64,000 nucleotides of DNA, from the NCBI GenBank assembly GCA_018062305.1, contig JAGOSK010000001.1:19005-83004 (forward strand), in the 5' to 3' direction. This document shows positions 27,438-37,393 of this stretch, piece by piece. Both the position numbers and the translations under genes were made by a program. The notes under the pieces were generated by a model, which worked only from the letters and a program-made list of their open reading frames with translations, ran no database searches and was not told the DNA's origin. Origin of the DNA: Minisyncoccota bacterium. GTDB taxonomy: Bacteria; Patescibacteriota; Minisyncoccia; Phycocordibacterales; CAIZLB01. Position 1 is the first letter of the stretch. Every line of letters begins with the position of its first letter.

Positions 27438-28523
27438 GTGTATAATAGTAGGAACGTGGATCCTAAACTAAAAAAAACATTTTCATTTCCGAATTCTGAT
27501 CAATATACTGAGCAGGCTATTTCGGAGCAATCTACTGAGTCGTCTACTGCAAACAATTTCTCCGAGATTAATCCAAAGAAAACAGTGTCACTCATGGATG
27601 CATTGGCTATGGAGAGAAAGAACGAAGGGGAAGTACACAATATCCGAACATATCAATCTGACATCGCTGATACAATCAGAAACGACAATGTTTCGATGAT
27701 AAAAGTTGCACTTTCTGAAAAGAAGCGACAAGAACGACAGGGAACACTAGACACTGCACTTGAGGATAGTAAAAAAAACTTATACATAGTGATTGGTGCT
27801 ATTGTTGGTTTTGTAGTCATTGCAGGGTTTGTTGCAGGATATATCTTTTTACAATCACAAAATGTGGAGCCCATAGAAGGTGAGGTCCAACAAAAAGTAC
27901 AACCACTTCTGTATACAGAGACCACTTCTGTTTTGAACATTGATCAAATCAATATAAGCGATTTATCTAGAATAATAGAAAAAGACAAAGAGGCAGTAAT
28001 GGAATTAGGAGATATGAAAGCCATAGTACTTACGACAGGGAGCAGTACCCAAGAAAGACAACTAACAAGTACTGAGTTCTTTCAAGCATTAAACGCTCGA
28101 ATCCCCGACAGTCTAGGACGTGCTTTTGGATCAAATTTTTTACTTGGAGTATATGCTTTCACTCCGAGAGAAATGTTTGCTGTATTTCAGATAAGTTCTT
28201 ACGATGCTGCCTTTGCTGGAATGCTCGAGTGGGAACCAAATATTGAATCTGATATAGGAGATATTTTTATGAATAAAAAAGACAGAATCAAAAGGGATTT
28301 AAACACTATTTCACAAGAAAACAGTCCTTTTGGAATATTGAGCCAAAGAAAATTTGTCGACAGACTACTAAGCAACAAAGACGCTCGAGTTTTGATTGAT
28401 GCAGACAATAAGGACTTTATGCTGTATACCTTTCTGGATAAGGAGACATTGGTTATAGCCACTTCAGAGAAATCACTCAAGGAGGTTATTTTTAGACTTA
28501 CAACAGGTAGAATTGTCCGATAA
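27438..28523 (+). CDS. Hypothetical single-pass membrane protein
   Basis: 361 aa with one central TM helix (LYIVIGAIVGFVVIAGFVAGYIFL). Confidence 0.5.
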   Translation: MYNSRNVDPKLKKTFSFPNSDQYTEQAISEQSTESSTANNFSEINPKKTVSLMDALAMERKNEGEVHNIRTYQSDIADTIRNDNVSMIKVALSEKKRQERQGTLDTALEDSKKNLYIVIGAIVGFVVIAGFVAGYIFLQSQNVEPIEGEVQQKVQPLLYTETTSVLNIDQINISDLSRIIEKDKEAVMELGDMKAIVLTTGSSTQERQLTSTEFFQALNARIPDSLGRAFGSNFLLGVYAFTPREMFAVFQISSYDAAFAGMLEWEPNIESDIGDIFMNKKDRIKRDLNTISQENSPFGILSQRKFVDRLLSNKDARVLIDADNKDFMLYTFLDKETLVIATSEKSLKEVIFRLTTGRIVR

Positions 28524-28584
28524 ATCCATTAAATTTGATTATTTTTTGATTTGAACTTCAGTATCACTCTGATACAATACCTAT

Positions 28585-28938
28585 ATGAACTTAGATATCC
28601 AACACTTTAAAACCTTATTAGAAAATGAAAAAGTAACCCTCGAAAAAGACCTTCGCAGTCTTGGGAGAAAGATCGATACATCAGGTGTAGTATGGGAAGC
28701 TGTATCTCATGAAGATGAAGACACGGCAGATCGTGAAGACGTAGCTAGTGCTATAGAGTCTTTTGACAATGATGAAAGTTCTATTCTCGTCCTCGAAACA
28801 CAACTCCATGAGGTACAACATGCTCTCGACAAGATAGAGCGGGGCACATACGGTATTTGTGAAGTTTCAGGTGAAGAGATCGAGCTGGACCGACTCGAAG
28901 CAAATCCGTCAGCACGTACATCCAAAAAACATCTTTAG
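28585..28938 (+). CDS. DksA/TraR-family protein lacking the full Cys4 zinc finger
   Basis: Coiled-coil N-terminus and C-terminal GTYGICEVSGEEIELDRLEANPSARTS resembling the DksA C-terminus. Only one Cys is present. Confidence 0.55.
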   Translation: MNLDIQHFKTLLENEKVTLEKDLRSLGRKIDTSGVVWEAVSHEDEDTADREDVASAIESFDNDESSILVLETQLHEVQHALDKIERGTYGICEVSGEEIELDRLEANPSARTSKKHL

Positions 28939-29003
28939 TTTTGATTTTTCGTAATGGATTAGATACAGGATATTAGAGGGTTACAACAGAATAGAAAAAG
29001 AGA

Positions 29004-30761
29004 ATGGAAAAAGAAAATATTGTACTAACAGTTGGATATCAAAATCCAAATGCTTTTATAGTGTCAGTAGAAACAGTAGTTCGTAGAGGTATCTTTCAAT
29101 TTGATATTATCGGCTTAGCAAACAAGACGATATCAGAATCAAAACAACGAATACTTTCAGCTATTACTTCCGCACGGAATGAGAGACGACATTACATAAA
29201 TAAAAAAATTACCACGCTTCTCAGTCCGGCAGATTCAAAAAAGGAAGGGTCTCACTTCGATTTACCGATAGCGATTTCATACCTTATCTCGAGCAATGCA
29301 TTAAGTGATATATCTACTGGTGGGTCGACGAGTAGACGAACTAATGGACTAGTTGATAAAACAGTTGGCAAAAACTTATTCTCCAGAATTATCATACTTG
29401 GTGAACTTACACTGACTGGGTCTGTTCTCCCTATCAAACACATCTCTGTTCTCATACGCACTGGTCTACAAAATGGAATATCCCACTTCGTGATACCAGA
29501 AGGTAATAGAATCGAAGCAACTCAGGTTGATGGTATTTCAATTTGGTCAGTTACTCACATCTCTGAAATAATTGACGTATTACACGCGACGAGTTCGACC
29601 GAAAGAGTCTTTGATAAATTTATAAAGACATCTATAAACGGTGATGAAAGTGTCTACAAAGATGCAGATACACGCAAAGCGGACGAATGTGGTGTGTCCG
29701 AGAAAACATATAGTATTGATTCGATACAAGGAAACGAAACAGCCAAAAGAGCCCTAGAAATATCATTGGCAGGGGAACACCATCTATTACTCATAGGAAC
29801 GCCCGGCAGTGGAAAAAGTCTTTTAGCTAAAGCCGCGAGAGAGCTACTACCTGAGATGACGAGTGAGTCTGGCAATATATTTCAATTACAAAATTTTGCA
29901 GTGAATAATAATGGGCAGAATGATTCACTAAGAAGACCATTTAGAGAACCTCATCACACCGCAAGTTATTCTGAAATTATAGGAGGAGGGATACATCCAG
30001 GGGAGATAGTGCTTGCACATGGCGGTATACTTTTTTTGGATGAATTAGCAGAATTTAATAGGAGAGTTTTGGAAAGTCTTAGACAGCCACTTGAAAATAA
30101 ATACATTCAAAGAGGACTTGGTGATCCTATACCTGCGAACTTTATACTCATTGCATGCATGAATCCCTGTGACTGCGGATTTTATCGGTTGCAAGGTTCA
30201 AGAGAATCAAAAGGTAAACAGTGTCTTTGCGTGAGAAGTCAGATAGATAAGTATCAAAGAAAAATGCGTAGCCCACTTTTTCAGCGTTTTGAATTGTGTA
30301 TATATTTTCGAGGTACAGTTGGGAGTGGTGACTCCAGTGCCAAGACAGAAAATAATGAACGTATCATGGGTAAAACCATTGCAAAAAATGTATTGGGTGT
30401 GCGAGTAATCAGACGCAAAAGAATGCGACAGCTTACAGAAAAACAATATGGTAAAAATCACAGTGCTTCTGAACATCAACTCAGCATGAAAGCTATTACT
30501 CTACTTATGGATTTGCAAAACCTAAAGAGTCTTCGCAAAAAAGAAAAGGAAACTTTTGATGAAATGTGTATACGATTTGGTTTCTCAAAAAGGGAAGAGA
30601 TGTCGCTCCTAAGGGTTGCAAGGACAATTGCAGATTTAGAATCATTAAAAGATTCGACGGAAAAAGATCAGTGCGATGTAAAGATTGATATTGCTATTAA
30701 TAAACCTATTTTAGAGAAACATCTGTTTGAAGCCTGCTCATATCGGAGTAGAAACAATTAA
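29004..30761 (+). CDS. comM: YifB/ComM-family Mg-chelatase-like AAA+ ATPase with a C-terminal extension
   Basis: N-terminal Lon-like domain; Walker A LLLIGTPGSGKS; Walker B ILFLDELAEF; the CMNPCDCG motif. Confidence 0.8.
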   Translation: MEKENIVLTVGYQNPNAFIVSVETVVRRGIFQFDIIGLANKTISESKQRILSAITSARNERRHYINKKITTLLSPADSKKEGSHFDLPIAISYLISSNALSDISTGGSTSRRTNGLVDKTVGKNLFSRIIILGELTLTGSVLPIKHISVLIRTGLQNGISHFVIPEGNRIEATQVDGISIWSVTHISEIIDVLHATSSTERVFDKFIKTSINGDESVYKDADTRKADECGVSEKTYSIDSIQGNETAKRALEISLAGEHHLLLIGTPGSGKSLLAKAARELLPEMTSESGNIFQLQNFAVNNNGQNDSLRRPFREPHHTASYSEIIGGGIHPGEIVLAHGGILFLDELAEFNRRVLESLRQPLENKYIQRGLGDPIPANFILIACMNPCDCGFYRLQGSRESKGKQCLCVRSQIDKYQRKMRSPLFQRFELCIYFRGTVGSGDSSAKTENNERIMGKTIAKNVLGVRVIRRKRMRQLTEKQYGKNHSASEHQLSMKAITLLMDLQNLKSLRKKEKETFDEMCIRFGFSKREEMSLLRVARTIADLESLKDSTEKDQCDVKIDIAINKPILEKHLFEACSYRSRNN

Positions 30762-30802
30762 ATTAGGAAATTAGTCCGCGGTGATAGGTCACTAAGTTTA
30801 AA

Positions 30803-31918
30803 TTAGAATGGATTTTTACCTCCTCGAACTTCGAAATGCAAGTGAACACCTGATGACTGACCTGTATTACCCATCTTTCCGATTTGCTGACCCTTAGTTA
30901 CTGATTGACCTGCGGACACCGAAGTCTGACTCATGTGTCCATACAATGTTTGTGTACCGTTTGGATGTTTGATAACTACATAAGTACCGTATCCTCCACC
31001 CCAACCACCAGAACGACTGATAAGCACCTGACCAGAAGCGGCAGCGAGAATCGGTGTACCGTGCGATGCGGCGATATCAATTCCATTGTGACCATGGAGA
31101 CCTTGCGTTCGAGTACCTCCAATAACAGGTCTTGCAAAGTAACCAGTCGTGTCGGTACGTGATGATCCCGCACCTATATTTGCTGAACCTTTCTTATTTG
31201 TTTTTTTCTTCTTTTCATTATCCTCTGCTTTCTTATTCTCCGCAGCAAGCAATGCTCCATCAGCATCAGGAATCATGATTTCAGAGCCAACCTCAAGCTT
31301 CTCACCTTCTTCTAGGTTGTTAAATTGGGCTATTTCGCCTGCATCACCATTAAACTTCTTTGCCAGACTCTGTAATGTATCTCCTTTCTGCACGGCATAT
31401 TTGATACTCGAGATAGGGAGGATTACCAACACCTGATCAGGCTGTAGAGCAGTACCCTTTTTGAGATCGTTGGCCCAGAGGATAGTGTTTGGAGTTACTC
31501 CATACATCCGTGCAATCTGTTCTAGAGTGTCGTTTTTACGTACTGTATATAGACTAATACGGTCACCATTGCCGTGTATGTCTTTAGGGTATCCAACAAA
31601 AGAACCCTCAGAAACTGAACTATTCTCATTTGTAAAAGCTTTACCCTCTACGACGGAGGCGTTTGTCTTGAGCTCCTTAATTATCTCAATAGTTGAGGTT
31701 CCTTCTAGTGGGTTTGCTGTCGCTGTCAAAATAGGCATAGTCTGAAGGTTTTTAACCTGAATCTGTTGTATTTCTTGTAATTCGCCGACACTTGCATTAC
31801 GAAAAACCGAAGAAAGGATAGAAACAACATCCGCAGAGGAAGAGGAAGGGGCAAAAGCGACACCTAAAGTCGCCACAGCCAATAGACTAAAGTAAAAGGA
31901 AGAGGGGTTAATACGCAC
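30803..31918 (-). CDS. Secreted M23 family metallopeptidase with two LysM domains
   Basis: Signal peptide; LysM repeats (YTVRKNDTLEQIARMYGV, YAVQKGDTLQSLAKKF); M23 HxxxD and HLH motifs (GIDIAASHGTP...GVHLHFEV). Confidence 0.85.
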   Translation of the reverse strand: MRINPSSFYFSLLAVATLGVAFAPSSSSADVVSILSSVFRNASVGELQEIQQIQVKNLQTMPILTATANPLEGTSTIEIIKELKTNASVVEGKAFTNENSSVSEGSFVGYPKDIHGNGDRISLYTVRKNDTLEQIARMYGVTPNTILWANDLKKGTALQPDQVLVILPISSIKYAVQKGDTLQSLAKKFNGDAGEIAQFNNLEEGEKLEVGSEIMIPDADGALLAAENKKAEDNEKKKKTNKKGSANIGAGSSRTDTTGYFARPVIGGTRTQGLHGHNGIDIAASHGTPILAAASGQVLISRSGGWGGGYGTYVVIKHPNGTQTLYGHMSQTSVSAGQSVTKGQQIGKMGNTGQSSGVHLHFEVRGGKNPF

Positions 31919-32032
31919 TGGTTAAATTGTAGCAAGTAGGGCTTTTACGTCAATATACACCCCCTAGGGGAAAAATAGGGCAACAAAAATAGCTGAAAGT
32001 AAAATTTTGGAGTTTTGTGTTATATTTTTTGA

Positions 32033-34123
32033 ATGTTAGACCAAAACCTTGAGGAATTTAATACACCACTGAGCAAGCCGACATCTGAAGCTCCGCAAAA
32101 AGCAGACTTTTCAGCAATTTCTCACGGTCGACCTGAATATCTCAAAGACCTCAATCCTCCTCAACTTGAAGCTGCTCTCCATACCGAAGGTCCTCTACTT
32201 ATTTTGGCTGGGGCTGGGGCGGGCAAGACAAAGACCGTCACTTTTAGAATCCTCCACCTCATAAAGACGGGCGTTTTACCTCGAAACATTCTAGCTATCA
32301 CTTTTACAAACAAAGCTGCCAGAGAAATGCGTGAGCGAGTGATGCATTTACTCAACTCAGACTCAAATTTCAATTTACCAATACACGCTTCACACGACGC
32401 GTCGGACAGGCCGTTCGTTTCAACCTTTCACTCACTCGGCGTAAGCATTCTCAAAGAAAGTGGGCACAAACTTGGAATTCCAAGACATTTTGTTATATAC
32501 GACAGAGGGGATTCAAAGAGTACAGTGAAAGATGCTCTCGTCGAACTCGGGCACGATCCGAAACAAATCGACCCAAACAAGATTCTTGGAATAATTTCAC
32601 GAGAAAAAGGCAACTTCACTTCAAGAGAAGAGTTTGAAGCTAAAAGTGGAGATGACTATATGGGAAGCATTGCAGCTGAGGTGTGGAGAAAATACGATGC
32701 AAAGCTCGATAAAGATAAAGCACTCGACTTCGATGATTTACTTTTTAAAACAGCTCATCTACTTTCTACACATGAAGATATTCGTGAGTACTATCAAAAT
32801 AAATGGAAGTATGTGCACGTAGATGAATATCAAGATACAAACCAAGTGCAATATCGAATTGTCCAACTGCTTGTTCATAAACACAGAAACTTGGCGGTTG
32901 TGGGGGATGGGGATCAATCAATTTATGGTTTTCGTGGGGCAGACATAAAAAATATTCTAAAATTTGAAGAAGATTATTCTGACGCAAAAATTGTACTCCT
33001 CGAACAAAACTATCGCTCAACACAAACTATCCTTACTGCAGCAAATAAGGTTATTGAAAAAAACATTTATAGAAAGAAGAAAAATCTTTTTACAAAAAAT
33101 GAAGAAGGAGAGAAAATAAAAATATATACAGCATACGACGAAACCGATGAAGCAAATTTCATCGCGAATACTGTGCGTGAGATGCTTGATAAGGGAGAAC
33201 TCGGAGTAGACGGAGTTAGAAAACAAATAAAACCAGATGACATCGCAGTACTCTATCGTGCAAACTTTCAATCCCGTGCAATGGAAGATTCATTTCTACG
33301 AAAAAATATTGCTTACACACTTTTGGGCACAAAATTCTTCGAAAGAAAAGAAGTTAAAGATGTCATTTCATATATACGATTAGCCCTCAATCCAGATTCT
33401 ATGGTTGATGTAAAACGTGTAATCAACTCGCCAGTTCGAGGTATAGGGAAGACAACATTGCTAAAAGTTTTGGAAGGAAAAGAAGATGAGCTACCAAATG
33501 CAGCTCGTGAAAAAGTCCGATCATTTAGATCTCTTCTTGCGGCTATTGAACAAAAAACAAGAACCGACAAAGCTTCAGAGGTAATAAAATATGTGATCAC
33601 TATGTCGGGAATGGAAAAATCTTTTAAAGAAGAAGACGAGCAAGAAAGACTTGAGAACGTACGAGAGCTTGTAACGCTTGGACTCAAATACGATTCATAT
33701 ATTCAACCTGAAGGTATTGAAAAACTCCTCGAAGAAGCAGCACTTGCGAGCGATCAGGATACGCTTGATGAAGAAAAAGACAAAGATAAAAAACCTGGGG
33801 TGAAACTTATGACAGTTCACTCATCAAAAGGTCTTGAGTTTGATCATGTATTTATTACAGGTCTTGAACAAGGTTTATTTCCACACGAGAGAATGGGGGA
33901 GTCTAATGGCAGTCCGGAATCGAGTGAGGAAGAACGACGACTTTTTTATGTTGCGCTTACTCGAGCTCGAAAAAGATTGTTTCTATCACATGCAAACGTG
34001 CGAACTATTTTTGGAAATAAACAAGTAACACTTCCATCAGAATTTTTAGCAGATATTGATGATGATTTGATTGAGGAAGAAAAACCAGTCACTGGAATTA
34101 AATCTATTTTTATTGATTTTTAA
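32033..34123 (+). CDS. uvrD: ATP-dependent DNA helicase UvrD/PcrA family
   Basis: AGAGAGKT (motif I), the DEYQDTN box, VGDGDQSIYGFRGA, and the C-terminal TVHSSKGLEFDHVFI... Confidence 0.9.
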   Translation: MLDQNLEEFNTPLSKPTSEAPQKADFSAISHGRPEYLKDLNPPQLEAALHTEGPLLILAGAGAGKTKTVTFRILHLIKTGVLPRNILAITFTNKAAREMRERVMHLLNSDSNFNLPIHASHDASDRPFVSTFHSLGVSILKESGHKLGIPRHFVIYDRGDSKSTVKDALVELGHDPKQIDPNKILGIISREKGNFTSREEFEAKSGDDYMGSIAAEVWRKYDAKLDKDKALDFDDLLFKTAHLLSTHEDIREYYQNKWKYVHVDEYQDTNQVQYRIVQLLVHKHRNLAVVGDGDQSIYGFRGADIKNILKFEEDYSDAKIVLLEQNYRSTQTILTAANKVIEKNIYRKKKNLFTKNEEGEKIKIYTAYDETDEANFIANTVREMLDKGELGVDGVRKQIKPDDIAVLYRANFQSRAMEDSFLRKNIAYTLLGTKFFERKEVKDVISYIRLALNPDSMVDVKRVINSPVRGIGKTTLLKVLEGKEDELPNAAREKVRSFRSLLAAIEQKTRTDKASEVIKYVITMSGMEKSFKEEDEQERLENVRELVTLGLKYDSYIQPEGIEKLLEEAALASDQDTLDEEKDKDKKPGVKLMTVHSSKGLEFDHVFITGLEQGLFPHERMGESNGSPESSEEERRLFYVALTRARKRLFLSHANVRTIFGNKQVTLPSEFLADIDDDLIEEEKPVTGIKSIFIDF

Positions 34124-34217
34124 TTGAGCGAGTGGTGCAGAGTATAAATCTATTGGTTGGTGAGAGTTCGACAGATAATAGATTGCTCTATCTATGCTGG
34201 TGGTATAAGATTCGCAT

Positions 34218-35237
34218 ATGTTACACGACGCGTCGAATTCACTTCAACAAGAAGGTTCACAACCACTAACTCATTTTGCCAAAAAGTCTCTGGGTCAGAA
34301 TTTTCTGAAATCAGAACGTGCACTGTCAGATATGGTAGAAGCGGGGGATATTCAGGCGGGCGAGACTATTATTGAAATTGGACCAGGGAAAGGGGCACTT
34401 ACGACAAAGCTACTAGCAAAAATCAGTGAAATTAACGAAATAGACTCAAAAAGTAAGTCGCCGAGCGGAACCAAGCTAGTTTGCATTGAAAAGGATGACA
34501 GGCTTATTCCATTTCTTGAAGAAGAGTACAAAGATGCCATAGATAAAGGGGTTTTAGAGATAATTCACGGAGATATTATAGAAATTCTCAATAATAAGGA
34601 GCAGATCGGGGGTATTATTGCGGGCGCCGGGGTCACCAGGAAATCTGCTGAGAAGCAAAATAAGCCTTATAAAATTATTGCGAACATCCCGTATTACATA
34701 ACCGGCCTTATTTTTAGGGGTATTTTTGAGCTTGAGCATCTTCCAAGTAAAATCGTCATGCTTGTACAAAAGGAAGTGGCAAATCGAATCATGGCTTATG
34801 GTGATAACGGGGAACAGAGCGGAAAAGAAAGCATTCTTTCAATAAGCATCAAATTGTATGGCGAACCTCGACGAGTTTCCATTGTTCCGCGTGGTGCTTT
34901 TGTACCAATGCCAGCAGTGGACTCCGCTATTATCGCTGTTGAAAATATTCAACGTAAGATTCCAAAAGCTCAAGATTCTCTATTTTTTGACATGATTCAC
35001 AACGCTTTTTCACATAAACGAAAACGATTAGCTAAAAATCTTGAGAGCTTCCTAGTAAAATCTTCGACCGACAATTCAGGTGACAATTTGAGCGACAATA
35101 TAGGTAAAAAACAAATCAAAAATCGCACCTCTGCAGACTATGAGAAAGTATTTACTGAGCTCGGTCTAGATAAAAATGTAAGAGCTGAAGATATTTCAAT
35201 AGAAACATATATACAACTATTTAAACGATTGATATAA
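34218..35237 (+). CDS. rsmA: 16S rRNA adenine dimethyltransferase RsmA/KsgA with insertions
   Basis: LGQNFL, IIEIGPGKGALT and ANIPYYIT motifs. Confidence 0.8.
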   Translation: MLHDASNSLQQEGSQPLTHFAKKSLGQNFLKSERALSDMVEAGDIQAGETIIEIGPGKGALTTKLLAKISEINEIDSKSKSPSGTKLVCIEKDDRLIPFLEEEYKDAIDKGVLEIIHGDIIEILNNKEQIGGIIAGAGVTRKSAEKQNKPYKIIANIPYYITGLIFRGIFELEHLPSKIVMLVQKEVANRIMAYGDNGEQSGKESILSISIKLYGEPRRVSIVPRGAFVPMPAVDSAIIAVENIQRKIPKAQDSLFFDMIHNAFSHKRKRLAKNLESFLVKSSTDNSGDNLSDNIGKKQIKNRTSADYEKVFTELGLDKNVRAEDISIETYIQLFKRLI

Positions 35238-35265
35238 TAGGTGGAGCATCTTTATATATCACTCT

Positions 35266-36141
35266 ATGTATCCTGAATCAAAAAATCGTAACATCCTTCC
35301 TCATACAAAAATTTTAGCACTGGGTGCGATATGTATTTCTATCATTGGTATTATACTAACATCCAAAATTTCTACAGAGCGAAGATTGCTTTTGGAAAAT
35401 CAATCAAACCTATCTGTGACAGCAGGAAAATCTGAAGAACAAATATTGGCAGACAAGAAGGTAATTGAGGCTCTAAATAAGGCTAAAGTAGATAGTTTGG
35501 GAGCGCTTGCTAGTTCTACAAACCCGTTTGATCCATCACCAAAAGATAGTGTGAGTGATAGATTTACCAAAGATATATTTTCAGCGTATTTAAAATATGA
35601 GAAGGATGGTGTTTTACCTGACGGTGATTCATTGATTCAAAATTTAGAATATCTTGATGTGAATGATATTACTAAAAATAAATATAGTTTGTCATACTTA
35701 AATATTTTTGCACCAACAAACAAAGAGCAAGTGAAAGCGTATGGAAACGAATATGCTCGTGTGTTTTTACAAATAGTTGATCCAGTGGCAAAAAACACAT
35801 TCAAATATCAAAGCGATATAAACAATATGGTGCCAATATACAGAAGTTTGGGTGAAAATCTTCTCAAAATAAAAGTTCCAAGTGCTGTTGCAAATGAACA
35901 CCTCGAGCTGGTAAATCAATATCTCAAACAAGCAGATGCATTCATCCTCGTCGGTGGGGAAGTAAAAGATCCTGTCAAAGCATTGCTTGGGCTTCAGGTT
36001 ATCCGAGAGGGAATGCCAACACAGGTGCAGATGTATACAAGGATTAAAACCTATTTTAGCCAAAATGATATACTATTTGAGAAAACAGAACCTGGCTTTT
36101 TTTGGAATGTAGGAACAACAACAGTTTCACTTATACAATAA
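35266..36141 (+). CDS. Hypothetical N-terminally anchored protein; first gene of the T4SS-like cluster
   Basis: One N-terminal TM helix (ILALGAICISIIGIILT). Confidence 0.45.
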   Translation: MYPESKNRNILPHTKILALGAICISIIGIILTSKISTERRLLLENQSNLSVTAGKSEEQILADKKVIEALNKAKVDSLGALASSTNPFDPSPKDSVSDRFTKDIFSAYLKYEKDGVLPDGDSLIQNLEYLDVNDITKNKYSLSYLNIFAPTNKEQVKAYGNEYARVFLQIVDPVAKNTFKYQSDINNMVPIYRSLGENLLKIKVPSAVANEHLELVNQYLKQADAFILVGGEVKDPVKALLGLQVIREGMPTQVQMYTRIKTYFSQNDILFEKTEPGFFWNVGTTTVSLIQ

Positions 36142-36145
36142 TTTT

Positions 36146-37330
36146 ATGAACAAACGCTTCTTTAAAATAAACCAATTCGTCACAGTTTTAGTGTCTATCA
36201 GTGTTTTTATGTTTAGTGTCCCTAGTATTTCTAATGCTCAAGTACAGGCTATCCCATTAAATGAGCAGGGATACGTGCAAGCCGTAGCGGTACCCGACGG
36301 ACAAGCGGACGCATACAACTCTGACACATCAAATGCAACTGGAGCATCAGGATCTGCAAGTGGGGCAGTATCAGACGCTCTTGGGTGTTCTGCATCTGGA
36401 CTTCTTGGACAAGCAGTTTCTATGGGTCTCAAGTCGATGGTGGGAAGTGCAGCAACAGGTGCCCTCTCGTCTGTAACTAGTGATGCTGTTCCTATTACAT
36501 CCAATTCTTCAATGGATAACCTCGCAAACATAAAATCTTCTTCCGACGCAAACGCCTCAGTGAATGCCATCCAACAGATTTTTGGGGTCTCATTTGGGGC
36601 AAGTTTTAACGGTATTGCATTCTGTATTGTAAATGGACTCATAACATACATCGCAAACTCCACTATCGCATGGGCAAACTCTGGTTTCCAGGGAAATCCT
36701 GCTTTTCTCGAGAACCCTGAGAACTTTTTTCAAACTCTAGCTGACAGAACCGCCAGTGGATTCATCTCAAATCTCGCCTACAACACTACAGGTATCAACG
36801 TCTGTGAACCATTTCGAGTAGACTTAGCCATAGCCCTTTCAGAATCATATGCTGGCGGACAAGGCACAGCTGGTCAAAATCGACTTAGTTGTAGTATGGA
36901 CCAAATGGGATCAAACTTTCAAAACTTTGCAAACGGAGGGGGTATAGGGGGTGGAAATGTCCAAGGATACTGGAGTAATTGGAATCAGCTTCGACAAGAT
37001 GAAAATAATCCAGCGGGTAACTATCTAAAAGCAGGCGAGTACCTCCGTGCTCAAATAGCTGTAAAGGAAAATACTGCCAAGTTCGAGCTAGGGCTCAACA
37101 ACGGCTTCCTCAACTTCAAAAAGTGTGAGGATCCTGTAGCGGCTAAAAAAGGAGACTTGAGTAGTTGTAAATCAACAACTCCCGGCTCTATTATCCAATC
37201 TTCTCTCCAAGACACCCTCAATCTTGGCAAACAAAGACTTGTTTCAGCTGACAAGATTGACCAGGTTATCACCGCACTCGCAAACGCTCTTATAAAGAAG
37301 GCTTTGAACAAAGTACTCGAGCAAAACTAG
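36146..37330 (+). CDS. Hypothetical secreted Gly/Ser/Ala-rich protein
   Basis: Signal peptide ...FMFSVPSISNA|QVQA. Confidence 0.5.
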   Translation: MNKRFFKINQFVTVLVSISVFMFSVPSISNAQVQAIPLNEQGYVQAVAVPDGQADAYNSDTSNATGASGSASGAVSDALGCSASGLLGQAVSMGLKSMVGSAATGALSSVTSDAVPITSNSSMDNLANIKSSSDANASVNAIQQIFGVSFGASFNGIAFCIVNGLITYIANSTIAWANSGFQGNPAFLENPENFFQTLADRTASGFISNLAYNTTGINVCEPFRVDLAIALSESYAGGQGTAGQNRLSCSMDQMGSNFQNFANGGGIGGGNVQGYWSNWNQLRQDENNPAGNYLKAGEYLRAQIAVKENTAKFELGLNNGFLNFKKCEDPVAAKKGDLSSCKSTTPGSIIQSSLQDTLNLGKQRLVSADKIDQVITALANALIKKALNKVLEQN

Positions 37331-37393
37331 AGAAAAATAAGTGGAGAATAAGTGGAGATTTTTTACTTTCTTTTTTAAAATGATGTATAATTC